A stretch of 64,000 nucleotides of DNA. Origin: a candidate division FCPU426 bacterium (lineage in GTDB: Bacteria; Oederibacteriota; Muellerivitia; Muellerivitales; Muellerivitaceae). Made by a program: the position numbers and the translations under genes. Positions 20,630 through 30,796 of the stretch are shown one piece after another (the stretch's first letter is position 1; each line of letters starts with the position of its first letter). The notes below the pieces were generated by a model, which saw only the letters and a program-made list of their open reading frames with translations, searched no databases and was not told where the DNA came from. Location of the stretch: contig CAWHOE010000047.1 of the NCBI GenBank assembly GCA_963830915.1, positions 7,781 to 71,780 of the forward strand, written 5' to 3'.

Positions 20630-21486
20630 TCACCGGCTTTCTGGGGTGTCAAGAAACGGGCCCCCTTTTCGGGTATAAAACAGGGCAATACTCGCCGCCA
20701 CAGCCACATTCAAGGACTCAACTTGACCCATCATGGGTATTTTGAGGGATTGGTCACAAGCTTTTATCAATTCCTCGGGTAATCCCCCACCTTCCGAACC
20801 CACCCAGAGGACCAATGGCATCTTCGGTTCATATCCGAACAAGGTTTTTTCCGAATTCCCGGTCAAAGCCAGGGATGTAAACCCGTTCCCCTTGTACCAA
20901 GCCAAATATTCTTCCCAAGGTTTATTTGAATCGAACGGAACTCGAAAGAGTGATCCCATAGAAGCTCGGACAACCTTTGGGTTGAAAGGATCGCAACAAC
21001 CCTCGGTCAAAAAAAGTCCCTGGGCTCCAAATGCCTCGGCCGAGCGGAAAAGGGTACCCAAATTCCCAGCATCCTGGATCTGGTAAGCGGCCAAGAAAAG
21101 TCCAAAAGGAGGCTGGAGGTCTGCTTTGGGGGGTTTCGCTACCACCGCCAATATCCCTTGGGGTGTGACTGTATCGGCAAGATAGGTGACGGTCTTATTG
21201 GGTATCTCGAAACATCGAACTTTAAGCCGATCGGCCTGAAGCAGGATTCCTGCCCCTCAGGACTGGTGTAACCCTTGGCCGTGGCGAACAGATAACGAAT
21301 TTTCAGGTCCGAACGCAGAGCTTCTTTGACAAGATGGAAACCCTCGCAAAGAAAATCCTCGGATTCTTTTAACTTTTTGGGGACCTTCAAGGAATAAGCG
21401 TGTTTAACCATGGAATTGCCGATGCTTTGAATGACAGGAATATTCGTCATGAAAAATCCCTTCCGCATTCGGCTGCAAAAAAACAC
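20630..21486 (-). CDS. TrmH/SpoU-family RNA 2'-O-methyltransferase; apparent frameshift (track ORFs 21139..21486 and 20630..21151)
   Basis: The N-terminal substrate-binding part (KHAYSLKVPKK...RYLFATAKG) and the SpoU methylase part (DAGNLGTLFRSAEAFGA...VGSEGGGLP...VESLNVAVAASIALF) lie in different frames. The second frame, read upstream, gives RCFEIPNKTVTYLADTVTPQGILAVV, which is typical of the family. The position between rplT and pheS matches B. subtilis ysgA. Confidence 0.7.
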
Positions 21487-21531
21487 CCCTTACCCGGGAG
21501 GGCAAGGGGTGTGGAAGCAACGAACCGTTCT

Positions 21532-21891
21532 TTAAGAAACCTTCGCGCCCTTGGCGGCTTCTACCAACAAGCCAAACGCCTTGGTATCCGTCAAGGCCAG
21601 ATCCGCCAGGATCTTCCGATCCAGGTCGATTTCCGCTTTCTTCAGGCCGCTGATGAACTGGCTATAGGATAGCCCATGTTCCCTGACCGCGGCATTGATA
21701 CGTGTGATCCAGAGGCGGCGAAATTCACGCTTGCGGGCCTTACGGTCCCTGAAGGCGTAATTGCCGGATCTTTTAGAGGCTTCCCGGACCGTCCGATATT
21801 GGCGGCTCTTGGCCCCGAAATAACCCTTGGTAAGTTTGAAGAACTTCTTTTTCCGCTTTCTTTTCGCGACTGCCCGCTTAATACGTGCCAT
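21532..21891 (-). CDS. rplT: 50S ribosomal protein L20
   Basis: [16 protein letters not shown]...[17 protein letters not shown]. Confidence 0.95.
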   Translation of the reverse strand: MARIKRAVAKRKRKKKFFKLTKGYFGAKSRQYRTVREASKRSGNYAFRDRKARKREFRRLWITRINAAVREHGLSYSQFISGLKKAEIDLDRKILADLALTDTKAFGLLVEAAKGAKVS

Positions 21892-21910
21892 TTTTCTCTC
21901 CGGATCTTTA

Positions 21911-22111
21911 TTAGATTGAGATCATCCGCTTGATCTTGAGGGTATTGGTCGCCCCTAGGATCGTTTGGCGCTTCAACTGTCTCTTGCGCTTGGAGCTCTT
22001 ATGGGCCAGCAAGTGGCCGCGCCCCATTTGCTTCTTGATCTTCAATTTCCCGCTCGCCGTCACTTTAAAACGCTTCAAAATGCTTTTTTTGGTTTTCCGT
22101 CCCTTACCCAT
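21911..22111 (-). CDS. rpmI: 50S ribosomal protein L35
   Basis: [27 protein letters not shown]...KRKR, about 66 aa. The start was chosen inside the longer track ORF 21911..22243. Confidence 0.8.
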   Translation of the reverse strand: MGKGRKTKKSILKRFKVTASGKLKIKKQMGRGHLLAHKSSKRKRQLKRQTILGATNTLKIKRMISI

Positions 22112-22676
22112 TTTCACCTTCCTTTTCATTGACAGTTTCCTTGGCGGCCGGCCTTTGGGGCTTCGGATTGAACACCGCCACGATCTGCATCCCCTCATCC
22201 TTAGGGGGGGCTTCCAAGTCGCCCACGTCGGACAAATCCTCAATGACCCGGTCCATCAACTGCCGTCCGAGTTCTTTGTGGCTTAACTCCCTGCCCCTGA
22301 ACATCAGGGTGACCTTGACCTTGTCGCCGTGGTCGAAGAAATTCCAGGCCATCCTGAGCTTGGTCTGGTAATCGTGTTCATCGATCTTGGGTCGGAGTTT
22401 GAGCTCCTTGACCTTGATGATCCGCTGTTTCTTGGAGGCTTCCTTTTCTTTCTTACGCTGGGCGTATTTGAACTTGCCGTAATTCAGGATCCGGCAAACA
22501 GGCGGCACACCATCCGGAGCTACTTCGACCAGATCCAAGTTTCTTTCTCTCGCGATGGTCAGGGCTTTGGAAAGATCGACGATCCCTAATTGCTCGCCCG
22601 CGTCTCCGACCAAACGGACTTGTCTCGCGCGAATTTGATGGTTAATCCTTAATTCTTTTGACGAGGAAATAAGCAC
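22104..22676 (-). CDS. infC: translation initiation factor IF-3
   Basis: RINHQIRARQVRLVGDAGEQLGIV...PPVCRILNYGKF...KVTLMFRGRE. It uses a GTG start, so a non-standard start is likely, as is typical for infC. Confidence 0.9.
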   Translation of the reverse strand: MLISSSKELRINHQIRARQVRLVGDAGEQLGIVDLSKALTIARERNLDLVEVAPDGVPPVCRILNYGKFKYAQRKKEKEASKKQRIIKVKELKLRPKIDEHDYQTKLRMAWNFFDHGDKVKVTLMFRGRELSHKELGRQLMDRVIEDLSDVGDLEAPPKDEGMQIVAVFNPKPQRPAAKETVNEKEGENG

Positions 22677-22706
22677 CCACCTCCTAATTTATTAAAAAAC
22701 AAAAAA

Positions 22707-22740
22707 AGGACGAAGCCATAGGGCCCCGTCCTTTTCCATT
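22707..22740 (-). terminator. stem-loop with flanking U-run between thrS and infC
   Basis: Minus strand reads GGACGgggccctatggcttCGTCC followed by TTTTTTTGTTTTTT, about 30 nt upstream of the infC RBS. Confidence 0.5.
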
Positions 22741-22875
22741 CAACGCAATAGCTTGATGAAAACGTAACCCTTTCGCGCCAACGGGCTGGAGGGTGAGGAG
22801 ACGGAATCCCCTGCTTGAAGCATGAATAGTACTGGCAGGGGTTTTCTTTGTCAAAGCTTTTTTCAGGAAATGGGC

Positions 22876-24703
22876 TTAAAGAGGCAAATCAACATCGGGG
22901 AAATTATCCATGATCCTATCCCTGACCATGGACAAGAGCGCTGTCTGCGCCTTGGCCATAGGAACCTGCGCCTGTTTTTCCGCCGCATATCGGCGCCAAG
23001 TCACCGTCACATCCTTGACCTCATTGGAGCCAACGATCCAGATATTCGGGACCTTCTTGGTGATGGCGTTGCGGACTTTTTTGGAGAAAGAATCATTGGT
23101 GGAGTCCACCTCGACCCGGATCATTTGGGCATGGAGGTCGCCTGCCATCTGATTGGCGTATGGAAGGAAATCCTCCGCCACAGGAACGATCTTCACTTGC
23201 GTCGGCGAAAGCCAAGTGGGGAAAGCCCCACCCCAGCGCTCGATCAGGAAGGATATGAAACGTTCGTGCGTACCCAAGGGAGCCCGGTGGATGATGAAGG
23301 GTCTTTGTTTGGAGCCATCCTGCGCCGTATATTCCAGTTGGAACCTTTCGGGCATGGTGAAATCAAGCTGCACGGTCGCCGCGGTCTCTTCCCTGCCCCA
23401 GCACATTCTCGGTTTGGTAGTCGATCTTGGGGCCATAAAAAGCCGCCTCCCCCATGACCTCCTCGTATTCCACTTCCAATTCCTTCAGGACTTCCCTCAG
23501 GATGTTCTCGGTTTTGACCCACAATTCCTCGTTCTCCGTGAACTTTTCCTTATCCTGGTCATGGAGGGATAAACGCACCCATATTTTATCCATGCGGAAT
23601 TTCTCGAAATACAACTTGTGCATCGCCACGACTTTCTTGATCTCGTCCTTGATCTGGTCTTGGGTGCAATAGATATGGGCGTCGTTCATGGACAATCCCC
23701 GAACCCTCAGCAAGCCGGCCAACTGTCCGGATTTCTCGAAACGATAGACCGTGCCATATTCGGCCAGGCGCAAAGGTAGTTCCCGGTAACTCCTGGGACG
23801 GCTCAAGTAGATCATGTGATGGTGGGGACAGTTCATGGGTTTCAGGTAGAACTCCTCCGGGGGCGAATCCGGATCCTTTTCCACGGTGCGCATGGGCGGG
23901 AACATGGAGTCCTTGTACAACTGGAGATGTCCGGAAAGCTTGTACAATTCCCCGTTGGCGATATGGGGTGTGGCCACGCGGACGTAGCCGTCCTTGAACT
24001 CAAGTTCCTTGGCGAATTTCTCCAGCTCTTCCCTGATCACCGTACCGTTCGGTAGCCAAAGAGGGAGACCCTTCCCCACGTGCTCATCGATAGTGAAAAG
24101 CTCGAGTTCCTGTCCCAGTTTTCGATGGTCCCGTTTGAGCGCCAATTCCCGGCTCTTGATGAACTCCTTGAGTTCGCTTTCCGATGGGAAACAAAGCCCA
24201 TAGATGCGGGTCAACATGGGCCGTTTGACGTCCCCCCGCCAATAACTGCCGGCGATGGAATCCAATTTGAAGGCCATGACCGGGATCTGGGATGTGTTCT
24301 CCACATGGGGTCCCTCGCACATGTCCACAAAGGTCCCGCTCTTGTAGAAACTCAGTGATTCGTTCTCCTGGATCAGCTCCTGGGCGTACTCCACCTTGAG
24401 CTTTTGACCCATCGTTTCCAACTTTTTCATCGCTTCGGCCTTGGGAAGTTCTTCCCGTTGGAAGGTTTCCTTCTCTTGAAGGATCTTTCGCATCCTTTTT
24501 TCCAGGTCCGGCAGATCGGATTCGGTCAATGGTTCTTCCAGCATGAAATCGTAATAGAAGCCTGTGCGGATGGGGGGGCCAAAACCCAACTGAGCCTTGG
24601 GGCGCACCTGAAGGACAGCTTGGGCCAGGACATGGGCCATGGAATGGCGCATCTTGAAGAGCGCCTCGTCCATCCTATGTTTCGGTTCGTATTTATCGGA
24701 CAT
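22876..24703 (-). CDS. thrS: threonine--tRNA ligase; apparent frameshift (track ORFs 23363..24790 and 22876..23436); no N-terminal TGS domain
   Basis: Editing-domain HxxxH (RHSMAHVLAQAV) near the N-terminus, the class II core (FYGPKIDY) and a C-terminal anticodon-binding part (TVQLDFTMPERF...IIHRAPLGTHERFI) in the second frame. Confidence 0.85.
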
Positions 24704-24750
24704 GGGGATTCCAATGAAGAAAGATGATGGCAGGCATTCGAGCGAGAAAA

Positions 24751-24827
24751 TGGTGGGCGTAACTGGACTCGAACCAGTGACCCCTTCCATGTCAAGGAAG
24801 TACTCTAACCAACTGAGCTATACGCCC
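24751..24827 (-). tRNA. tRNA-Val (anticodon GAC)
   Basis: Cloverleaf read by eye: acceptor GGGCGTA/TACGCCC, anticodon stem-loop CTTCC-TTGACAT-GGAAG, T-arm GGTTCGAGTCC and an encoded CCA. Confidence 0.8.
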
Positions 24828-25029
24828 CGCTTGAACCTGATCCGCCTCTGTAAACCGGCTACCTAAAGAATGGTTATTTTAACCAACCCCGAAGCAATAA
24901 TCCAATCCCAATGGGATAACCGTCCTTTTTAAATCCAAAGGTTTGGGAGGGAAGATTTTATCCGACAATCCCGAACTGTCCACTTTTTATTTTGAATTCC
25001 TGTCCTCTAGACCCATTCCATCCCGTCTT

Positions 25030-26556
25030 TCAAAGGCAATGAGCGGGTTTCATCAGGTCAAAAACAGTCTTCACGGGATTAAAAGTTTCCAAAGGCACTT
25101 CAACGAACAGGGTGATCCAATCAGCCATTGCCCCATTCCATAAGCCGGGTAATTCGATGGCTTTTAAATCCCGTCCCAACATGGACTTTTGGCTGAAAAA
25201 AACAGCGTTCCCGTCGACGAAATCCTTCAGATCGAACGGGTTCCCTTTCCAATCCCTTACCCCGCAAACCAGATCGACCGGGTTGAAATGGGTTGCCTTT
25301 CGCAGGATATCCAATTGTTCGGAAGAATGGGGATCGACTTGTGATTGTTCAACGATCTGCAACGTCAATTTCCCTTTTGGGTCCTTGACCCAAAAGGGGC
25401 CGCCCCCAGGCCCGCCCGTGTTCTTCACCATTCCGCAAACCCGTATAGGGCGGTTCAATAGGTCGATCAAGAGCCGTTGTGCCGTAGGACTTTCCAGTTC
25501 GTTCGAGCCCAGTGGAAGCCTCAACTCTTGAATGATGAAATTTTTGATATCAGCCGACACGACCTTTTCAACGTTCAAAACCCTCAGAAAATGAAAAACA
25601 CGTTCTTGAACCTTGGCCAAATGGCCGATCAGTATTTTTCTCCAGGGCACGATCCGTTCCAGCCAGGACTCGACCGCGACATTGTCGATATTGGTGATAT
25701 AAACCAAGTCGCCCCCAAGTTCGTTCAAGTTTTCCAGCAAAGCCCCATGTCCTCCCGGGCGAAAAACCAACTGCCCATTGGTGTCCCGGAAAGGCTTATT
25801 TTGAAAATCAACGGCCAGTGTGTCGGTGGACGGTTTTTGGACCGAGTAATCCACCTGCCATTGGGAAGAATATTTTTCCCCATACATGGCCCTGGATCGG
25901 TCGACTTGAAGGCGGAATTCATCCCTAAAATCTTCCGAAACCGTGAAATGGATCCGACACAAGCCTTTATCATCCTTCAAGAAATAGGTCGAATCGATCA
26001 AATGTTCGGTCACGGGAGACCGGGTTTCCCCGGGATAAAGATGGAAAGGGATCAAACCCTTGGGTCGTTGAGCGTAATTCATACCATCGGGGTTCAACAG
26101 CACTTTCAATATTTCCTGGTAGCGCCTGTCCACGAGCAAGGACCTTACGTCCATACCTTTTTGTTGGAAATGATCTTGTAATTCTGGGAAAAAACCACGG
26201 CGTGGCAGGTCATCCATGAATTCCCGGACCCGGTCCCCTTCCCCATCCGCCATTCGATCCAGCGATACCGCGCCTTGGGAATATTTGATCAAGAATTGGA
26301 ACATCCGGGTGGCCGCCCCGGAGGCAGGCACGAACTTCATCAACCGGCCTTGGGCGCGTGACCTTTCGAAATGCTCAAGCGCTGATTGGCGTTGGGTAAG
26401 GTCCAAAGAAAGTATCCCATCCCCAATGACAGCGGGACGCTCGAGATGGATGAAAGGGGGCGGGTCTTTAAACAGGGATAACTGGCAGTCGGCTTCCGAG
26501 GGATCGATCGAACGGGTTCTCATCTGCCTTAGATCTTCATCCGACCAATGGGACAT
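25030..26556 (-). CDS. conserved hypothetical protein (possibly DUF4301-like)
   Basis: 508-aa soluble protein with GGHG and NIDN motifs reminiscent of a nucleotidyltransferase fold. The family assignment is from memory and is uncertain. Confidence 0.45.
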   Translation of the reverse strand: MSHWSDEDLRQMRTRSIDPSEADCQLSLFKDPPPFIHLERPAVIGDGILSLDLTQRQSALEHFERSRAQGRLMKFVPASGAATRMFQFLIKYSQGAVSLDRMADGEGDRVREFMDDLPRRGFFPELQDHFQQKGMDVRSLLVDRRYQEILKVLLNPDGMNYAQRPKGLIPFHLYPGETRSPVTEHLIDSTYFLKDDKGLCRIHFTVSEDFRDEFRLQVDRSRAMYGEKYSSQWQVDYSVQKPSTDTLAVDFQNKPFRDTNGQLVFRPGGHGALLENLNELGGDLVYITNIDNVAVESWLERIVPWRKILIGHLAKVQERVFHFLRVLNVEKVVSADIKNFIIQELRLPLGSNELESPTAQRLLIDLLNRPIRVCGMVKNTGGPGGGPFWVKDPKGKLTLQIVEQSQVDPHSSEQLDILRKATHFNPVDLVCGVRDWKGNPFDLKDFVDGNAVFFSQKSMLGRDLKAIELPGLWNGAMADWITLFVEVPLETFNPVKTVFDLMKPAHCL

Positions 26557-26594
26557 TCGGACGTCTCCTGGAGGACTCCATCTTCTACAAAAAT

Positions 26595-26670
26595 TGGAGG
26601 CGGCAGGCGGATTTGAACCGCCGAATCGCGGTTTTGCAGACCGCTCCCTTAACCACTTGGGTATGCCGCC
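26595..26670 (-). tRNA. tRNA-Cys (anticodon GCA)
   Basis: Acceptor GGCGGCA/TGCCGCC, anticodon loop CTGCAAA, T-arm GGTTCAAATCC, encoded CCA. Confidence 0.75.
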
Positions 26671-26773
26671 CCGAAAGGAACGCCCAGGGGCTTGACCTTA
26701 GACGTCACGCGGACCTTCGCGGGACCGACCAGCGAAAAAAACCGTGATTTACCTCCCGTCGGAGGAACATAGA

Positions 26774-26848
<75 letters not shown>

Positions 26849-26962
26849 GTGGTTCCAAAGGCTCAATGGCCCAACTGGACGTCGAATTATACTTTTGACC
26901 TTATCTTGAGTCAATTCACTTTAAGCCGATTGTTGGGGTACCCGATAGGCCGCTTGAAAGGC

Positions 26963-27784
26963 CTAGTCTTTCTTCAGGCCAAGATCCTTGACGACCTGCT
27001 CGATGATATCAGCGTCGATGCTTTCTCTTTTGAGCAGGTAACCCTCCAACATGGCATTGTCACAGGTCGTATTGATCAGCCGTGGGATACCCTTGGTATA
27101 GTCGAAGATCTTCTGGTAGGCGTTGGCCGTGAATATCTGCTTGTCGCATCCGGCCACGCTCAACCGATGCCGGATATATTGCTCGCTGGTTTCCCGGGTC
27201 AGGGATTTGATGAAGAATTTCATGGCCATCCGCTGATACAGGGGCGGGTCCAAGGCCAGGTATTTTTCCAATTCAGGCAAACCCAACAGAACGATCGAGA
27301 TGAGTTTTCTGCCCGGAACCTCCAGGTTCAGAAGGCCTCGGAACTCCTCGAAGATCTCTTTTTTTTGCAACATGTTGGCTTCATCGATGAGAACCACCGC
27401 TTTGCGGCCCTCCTCGTAGATCTTCATCAGCCGTTCATACAACTGGGAAATGATCTGACCCTTGGCCTCGCTCGGGTTTTCTACCCCCAATTGATGGGCG
27501 ATCTTCTTGAGCATCCATTCGGCGGATATTTCACTGTGGACAATGACCAGGAGGGTGGCTTCGTACTGGGGATCTTGTTCGAGTTTTTCGAGGGCTTTGC
27601 GCGCCAGCAAGGTCTTGCCCGCGCCGATGTCGCCCACCACGACCGTCAAACCCTTCATGGTGTCAACGGCGTGCAGCATCCGGACCATGGCCTCGGCGTG
27701 CTGACTGCTTTCGTAATAAAAACGGCTGTCGGGAGCGTTGGAGAACGCCTGTTCCTTCAAGCCGTAGAAATTCTCGTAGCTCAT
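26963..27784 (-). CDS. ExeA/GspA/MshM-like AAA ATPase
   Basis: FYGLKEQAFSNAPDSRFYYESSQH...VVVGDIGAGKTLL...VLIDEANML is the architecture of COG3267 ExeA. Confidence 0.8.
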   Translation of the reverse strand: MSYENFYGLKEQAFSNAPDSRFYYESSQHAEAMVRMLHAVDTMKGLTVVVGDIGAGKTLLARKALEKLEQDPQYEATLLVIVHSEISAEWMLKKIAHQLGVENPSEAKGQIISQLYERLMKIYEEGRKAVVLIDEANMLQKKEIFEEFRGLLNLEVPGRKLISIVLLGLPELEKYLALDPPLYQRMAMKFFIKSLTRETSEQYIRHRLSVAGCDKQIFTANAYQKIFDYTKGIPRLINTTCDNAMLEGYLLKRESIDADIIEQVVKDLGLKKD

Positions 27785-27803
27785 TGCTCGCCCTTTTTCA
27801 AAA

Positions 27804-30446
27804 TCAAACGTAGCCTACCCTATTTGACTTTTTTTTGCCACTTGAATCTTTGGCGGGCTCTGGGGCGTTTTTTTCTTCCTTTGGAGTCGGTTCAGGAACT
27901 TTTTCTATCGTCGGAGGAGTAGGCGCGGATGTCACGGGCGCTGCGGGCGCAGGATTTTTGGTCTTTAACAAGCTCTGAAGATCGTCCCATTTCTTCTTGG
28001 CCTCCAGATTATCCGGTTCCAATTGCAGTATCCGCTTGTAGATCTTGGAAGCCTCCTCGTACAGTCCTTGGCGGGTATAGATGTCCGCCACGGCGATCGT
28101 CATGAATTCATCCTTGCCTTCTTCGACCAGGCTGTCACCTTTCGAGGAGGATTCCATGCTCATGCTCTTCAGGTCCACCAAAGGCTCGACCTTCTTCACG
28201 GACCTTTCAGCCTCTTCCCTGGCTTTCTTCTCAGCCTCTTCCTTGGCCTTCTTCTCGGCTTCTTCCCTGGCTTTTCGTTCAGCCTCTTCTTTGGCTTTCT
28301 TTTCAGCCTCTTCTTTGGCCCGCTTTTCTATTTCTTCCTTGGCTTTTCGTTCAGCTTCTTCCTTGGCCTTTTTCTCGGCTTCTTCTTTTACTTTTGTTTC
28401 CAGTTCTTCCCGTATCTTTCGTTCCAGTTCTTCCTTGATCTTTCTATCGGCTTCTTCCTTGGCCATCCTTTCCATTTCTTCTTTGGCTTTCTTTTCCGCC
28501 TCTTCCCTCGCCTTCTTTTCAGCGCTTTCTCGAGCGATACGCTCTATCTCCATTTTAGCTTTCAATTCGGCTTCTTCCCTGGCTTTACGTTCCAACTCGG
28601 TTTTGGCCCTCGCTTCCGCCTCGACCTTGGCTTTTTGTTCCATCTCGGCCCTTAACCGTTTGGCTTCATCATGGGCCTTCTTCTCCATTTCGGCCCGGAG
28701 AACTTTTTCTTCCTCTTCCTTGACCTTTTTCTCCGCCTCAATAGCTCCGATCACATCCTCGCCTGTTTTCACATAGGCGGTATAGGCAAGGTTCAACTTT
28801 TCCTTGATCTCGGGTTTATCCGGGAAGGTCTCGACCAGATGCTGGTATATCTCAATGGCCTCCTCGACCATGCCCTGTTTCACGAAATTGTCCGCGATCG
28901 AAAGTTCCGCCTTCCAATCATCGGATGTATCCAACTCAATGACGGTCGATTTCGCGGGTTCAGGAGGCGGGGTCACGGCCTCGACCGGAGGCGGACTGGT
29001 ACGTTCCGAGCTTGCTTGGGGTTTTTCAGCTTCCTTTTCCAGGTCCATTACCCCTGAAGACGCCGCAGGCTTAATTTCCACAGGAGCTTTTGTCTCCGCG
29101 GGGGCTTTGGGCGGTTCAGCCGGGGCCTGAGCTTTATCCACCACTGCCCCGACCACCATTTTTTGGGTTTCGGTATGGTCTGGATTCAGCTCCAGGATCT
29201 TCCGGGCCAATTCTTGGACCTTATCCTTCTTTTGTTGTTTCTCGTAGATCGGGATGGCTTTGGAAAAGGCCTCGACGGCTCCGTCTTTGTCCCCATTGAT
29301 CTTAAGCAACTCACCCAACTTCTCCCGAAAGGCCGCGTTGTTCTCATCAAGGGAAGCCCTGTTTTTCGCGAATTCCAACGCTTTTTTGAAATCGTTTTTC
29401 GCTTCGTATTTTTCGACCAATACGCCGAAGGCCGTGATGGCCTCGTTCTTTGACCCGCTTTTTTTCAGGGAAACCTCAGCCAAGGCCTCTATGGCCAACA
29501 AATTCTCTTTATCGACCTTTAAGGCTTTTTGGATGTTCTCGCTCGCTTTATCGAATTGATTCTGTTCCATTTGAACTCGGGCCAAATGGACCAGCGCCCC
29601 GATATGGTTCACCTTGAACCTGAGCAGGCTCTCGAACTCGGATTTGGCTTCCGAATATTGCTGCTTTTTGTAATAAACCAAGCCCAAAACATAATGGGCC
29701 TCGATGCTCTTGAACTCGACAGCCTTCAAGCCGTACTGGTATGCCTTCTCCAGGTCGTTCTGGTTCAAGGCCAGTTCCGCGATGATCAGGTATTCTTTTT
29801 TCGCGTCGCTTTCCGAGCCTTGTTTGATGAAGATCTGGGCGAGGTTCGACCTTCCCTCAATATTATTTGGCTCGAGCTGGACCACTTTCTGGAACATCTC
29901 CTGAGCCTTCTTATATAAACGGTGGTTGAGAAAGTTCGTGCCCAACACTTGGTATTCCTTGACCGCTTCCGCGGCCAGTCCCTTTTTCTCGAAAAGTTCC
30001 CCCAGATTGGCGTAAGCCGCTAGGTTCTCAGGATCCAGGCTGATGACTTCTTTCAAGGCCTCTATGGCAGAATCGATATCACCCTGTTCAATGGCCGATT
30101 CGGCCTTGATGGTTTGTTTGATGAGATTTTGTCGTTTTTGTGATTCGGGAGGGAGAGAACTTGAATCTAAAGCGGCTAATTTTTTATTAACGATGACCGA
30201 TTTTTCAGTTTGTCCACGGGCGGAAAAGTCCGTCGAAACCTTGATGTACTCGTCAAAGGCCTCGCGAACAGCTCCTTTTTTGACATAGACATCGCCCAAC
30301 ATGTTATGGGTGTTGATGTCTTCAGGATCCAACGCGATGAGCTTTTTGTATTCCTCGATCGCTTTGTCCCAGCGGCCTTCCTGGAAATAGATATAGGCCA
30401 TTTTAACGATGTTTTTTTTGTCACCACCGCTAGCTGGAACGTTCAT
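27804..30446 (-). CDS. large TPR-repeat protein with central charged coiled-coil (KAKEEAE repeats); MshN-like partner of the ATPase
   Basis: About 430 aa of TPR repeats, a Pro-rich linker, about 170 aa of (EEAEKKAK)n, a further TPR region and a Pro/Ala-rich tail. No signal peptide. Confidence 0.7.
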   Translation of the reverse strand: MNVPASGGDKKNIVKMAYIYFQEGRWDKAIEEYKKLIALDPEDINTHNMLGDVYVKKGAVREAFDEYIKVSTDFSARGQTEKSVIVNKKLAALDSSSLPPESQKRQNLIKQTIKAESAIEQGDIDSAIEALKEVISLDPENLAAYANLGELFEKKGLAAEAVKEYQVLGTNFLNHRLYKKAQEMFQKVVQLEPNNIEGRSNLAQIFIKQGSESDAKKEYLIIAELALNQNDLEKAYQYGLKAVEFKSIEAHYVLGLVYYKKQQYSEAKSEFESLLRFKVNHIGALVHLARVQMEQNQFDKASENIQKALKVDKENLLAIEALAEVSLKKSGSKNEAITAFGVLVEKYEAKNDFKKALEFAKNRASLDENNAAFREKLGELLKINGDKDGAVEAFSKAIPIYEKQQKKDKVQELARKILELNPDHTETQKMVVGAVVDKAQAPAEPPKAPAETKAPVEIKPAASSGVMDLEKEAEKPQASSERTSPPPVEAVTPPPEPAKSTVIELDTSDDWKAELSIADNFVKQGMVEEAIEIYQHLVETFPDKPEIKEKLNLAYTAYVKTGEDVIGAIEAEKKVKEEEEKVLRAEMEKKAHDEAKRLRAEMEQKAKVEAEARAKTELERKAREEAELKAKMEIERIARESAEKKAREEAEKKAKEEMERMAKEEADRKIKEELERKIREELETKVKEEAEKKAKEEAERKAKEEIEKRAKEEAEKKAKEEAERKAREEAEKKAKEEAEKKAREEAERSVKKVEPLVDLKSMSMESSSKGDSLVEEGKDEFMTIAVADIYTRQGLYEEASKIYKRILQLEPDNLEAKKKWDDLQSLLKTKNPAPAAPVTSAPTPPTIEKVPEPTPKEEKNAPEPAKDSSGKKKSNRVGYV
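28195..28700. repeat. imperfect 24-bp tandem coding repeats (EEAEKKAK units)
   Basis: cttcttccttggccttcttctcggcttcttccctggc... read directly. The repeats also generate spurious plus-strand ORFs. Confidence 0.7.
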
Positions 30447-30796
30447 ATAACCCCTGGTTGACTTTTAACCGGCGAAAAAAGTAACCCCTGGTTTTTAACG
30501 AAAAATTCAGGGAATTTCTTAGAGTATCTCAATTCGTACTATAACATTGGCATTTTCAGTTCGCAAGGTAATGAGCCTTATTTCACTGGGGTTTTAGGGT
30601 CATCAGGGCAATAAGACGTTTAACAAGACCCAAACAAATCCCATTTCCCCTTGTATCCATGAGTAACCAAGAGAATAACCCTTTAGGAGACCAAATTAGC
30701 TGAATGATACAATGACCCGCCATTTGAACGATTGGCGGAATGGATACTACAAGATGCGGTTAACGGTCTTGTGGATCTCTAAAAAAGAAATCCTTA

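Noticed and set aside
28023-29130. Plus-strand ORFs with FF/LG or SSLAF repeats (28023..28655, 28081..28776, etc.)
   Set aside because: They are antisense translations of the KAKEEAE 24-bp tandem repeats of the TPR protein gene, not genes.
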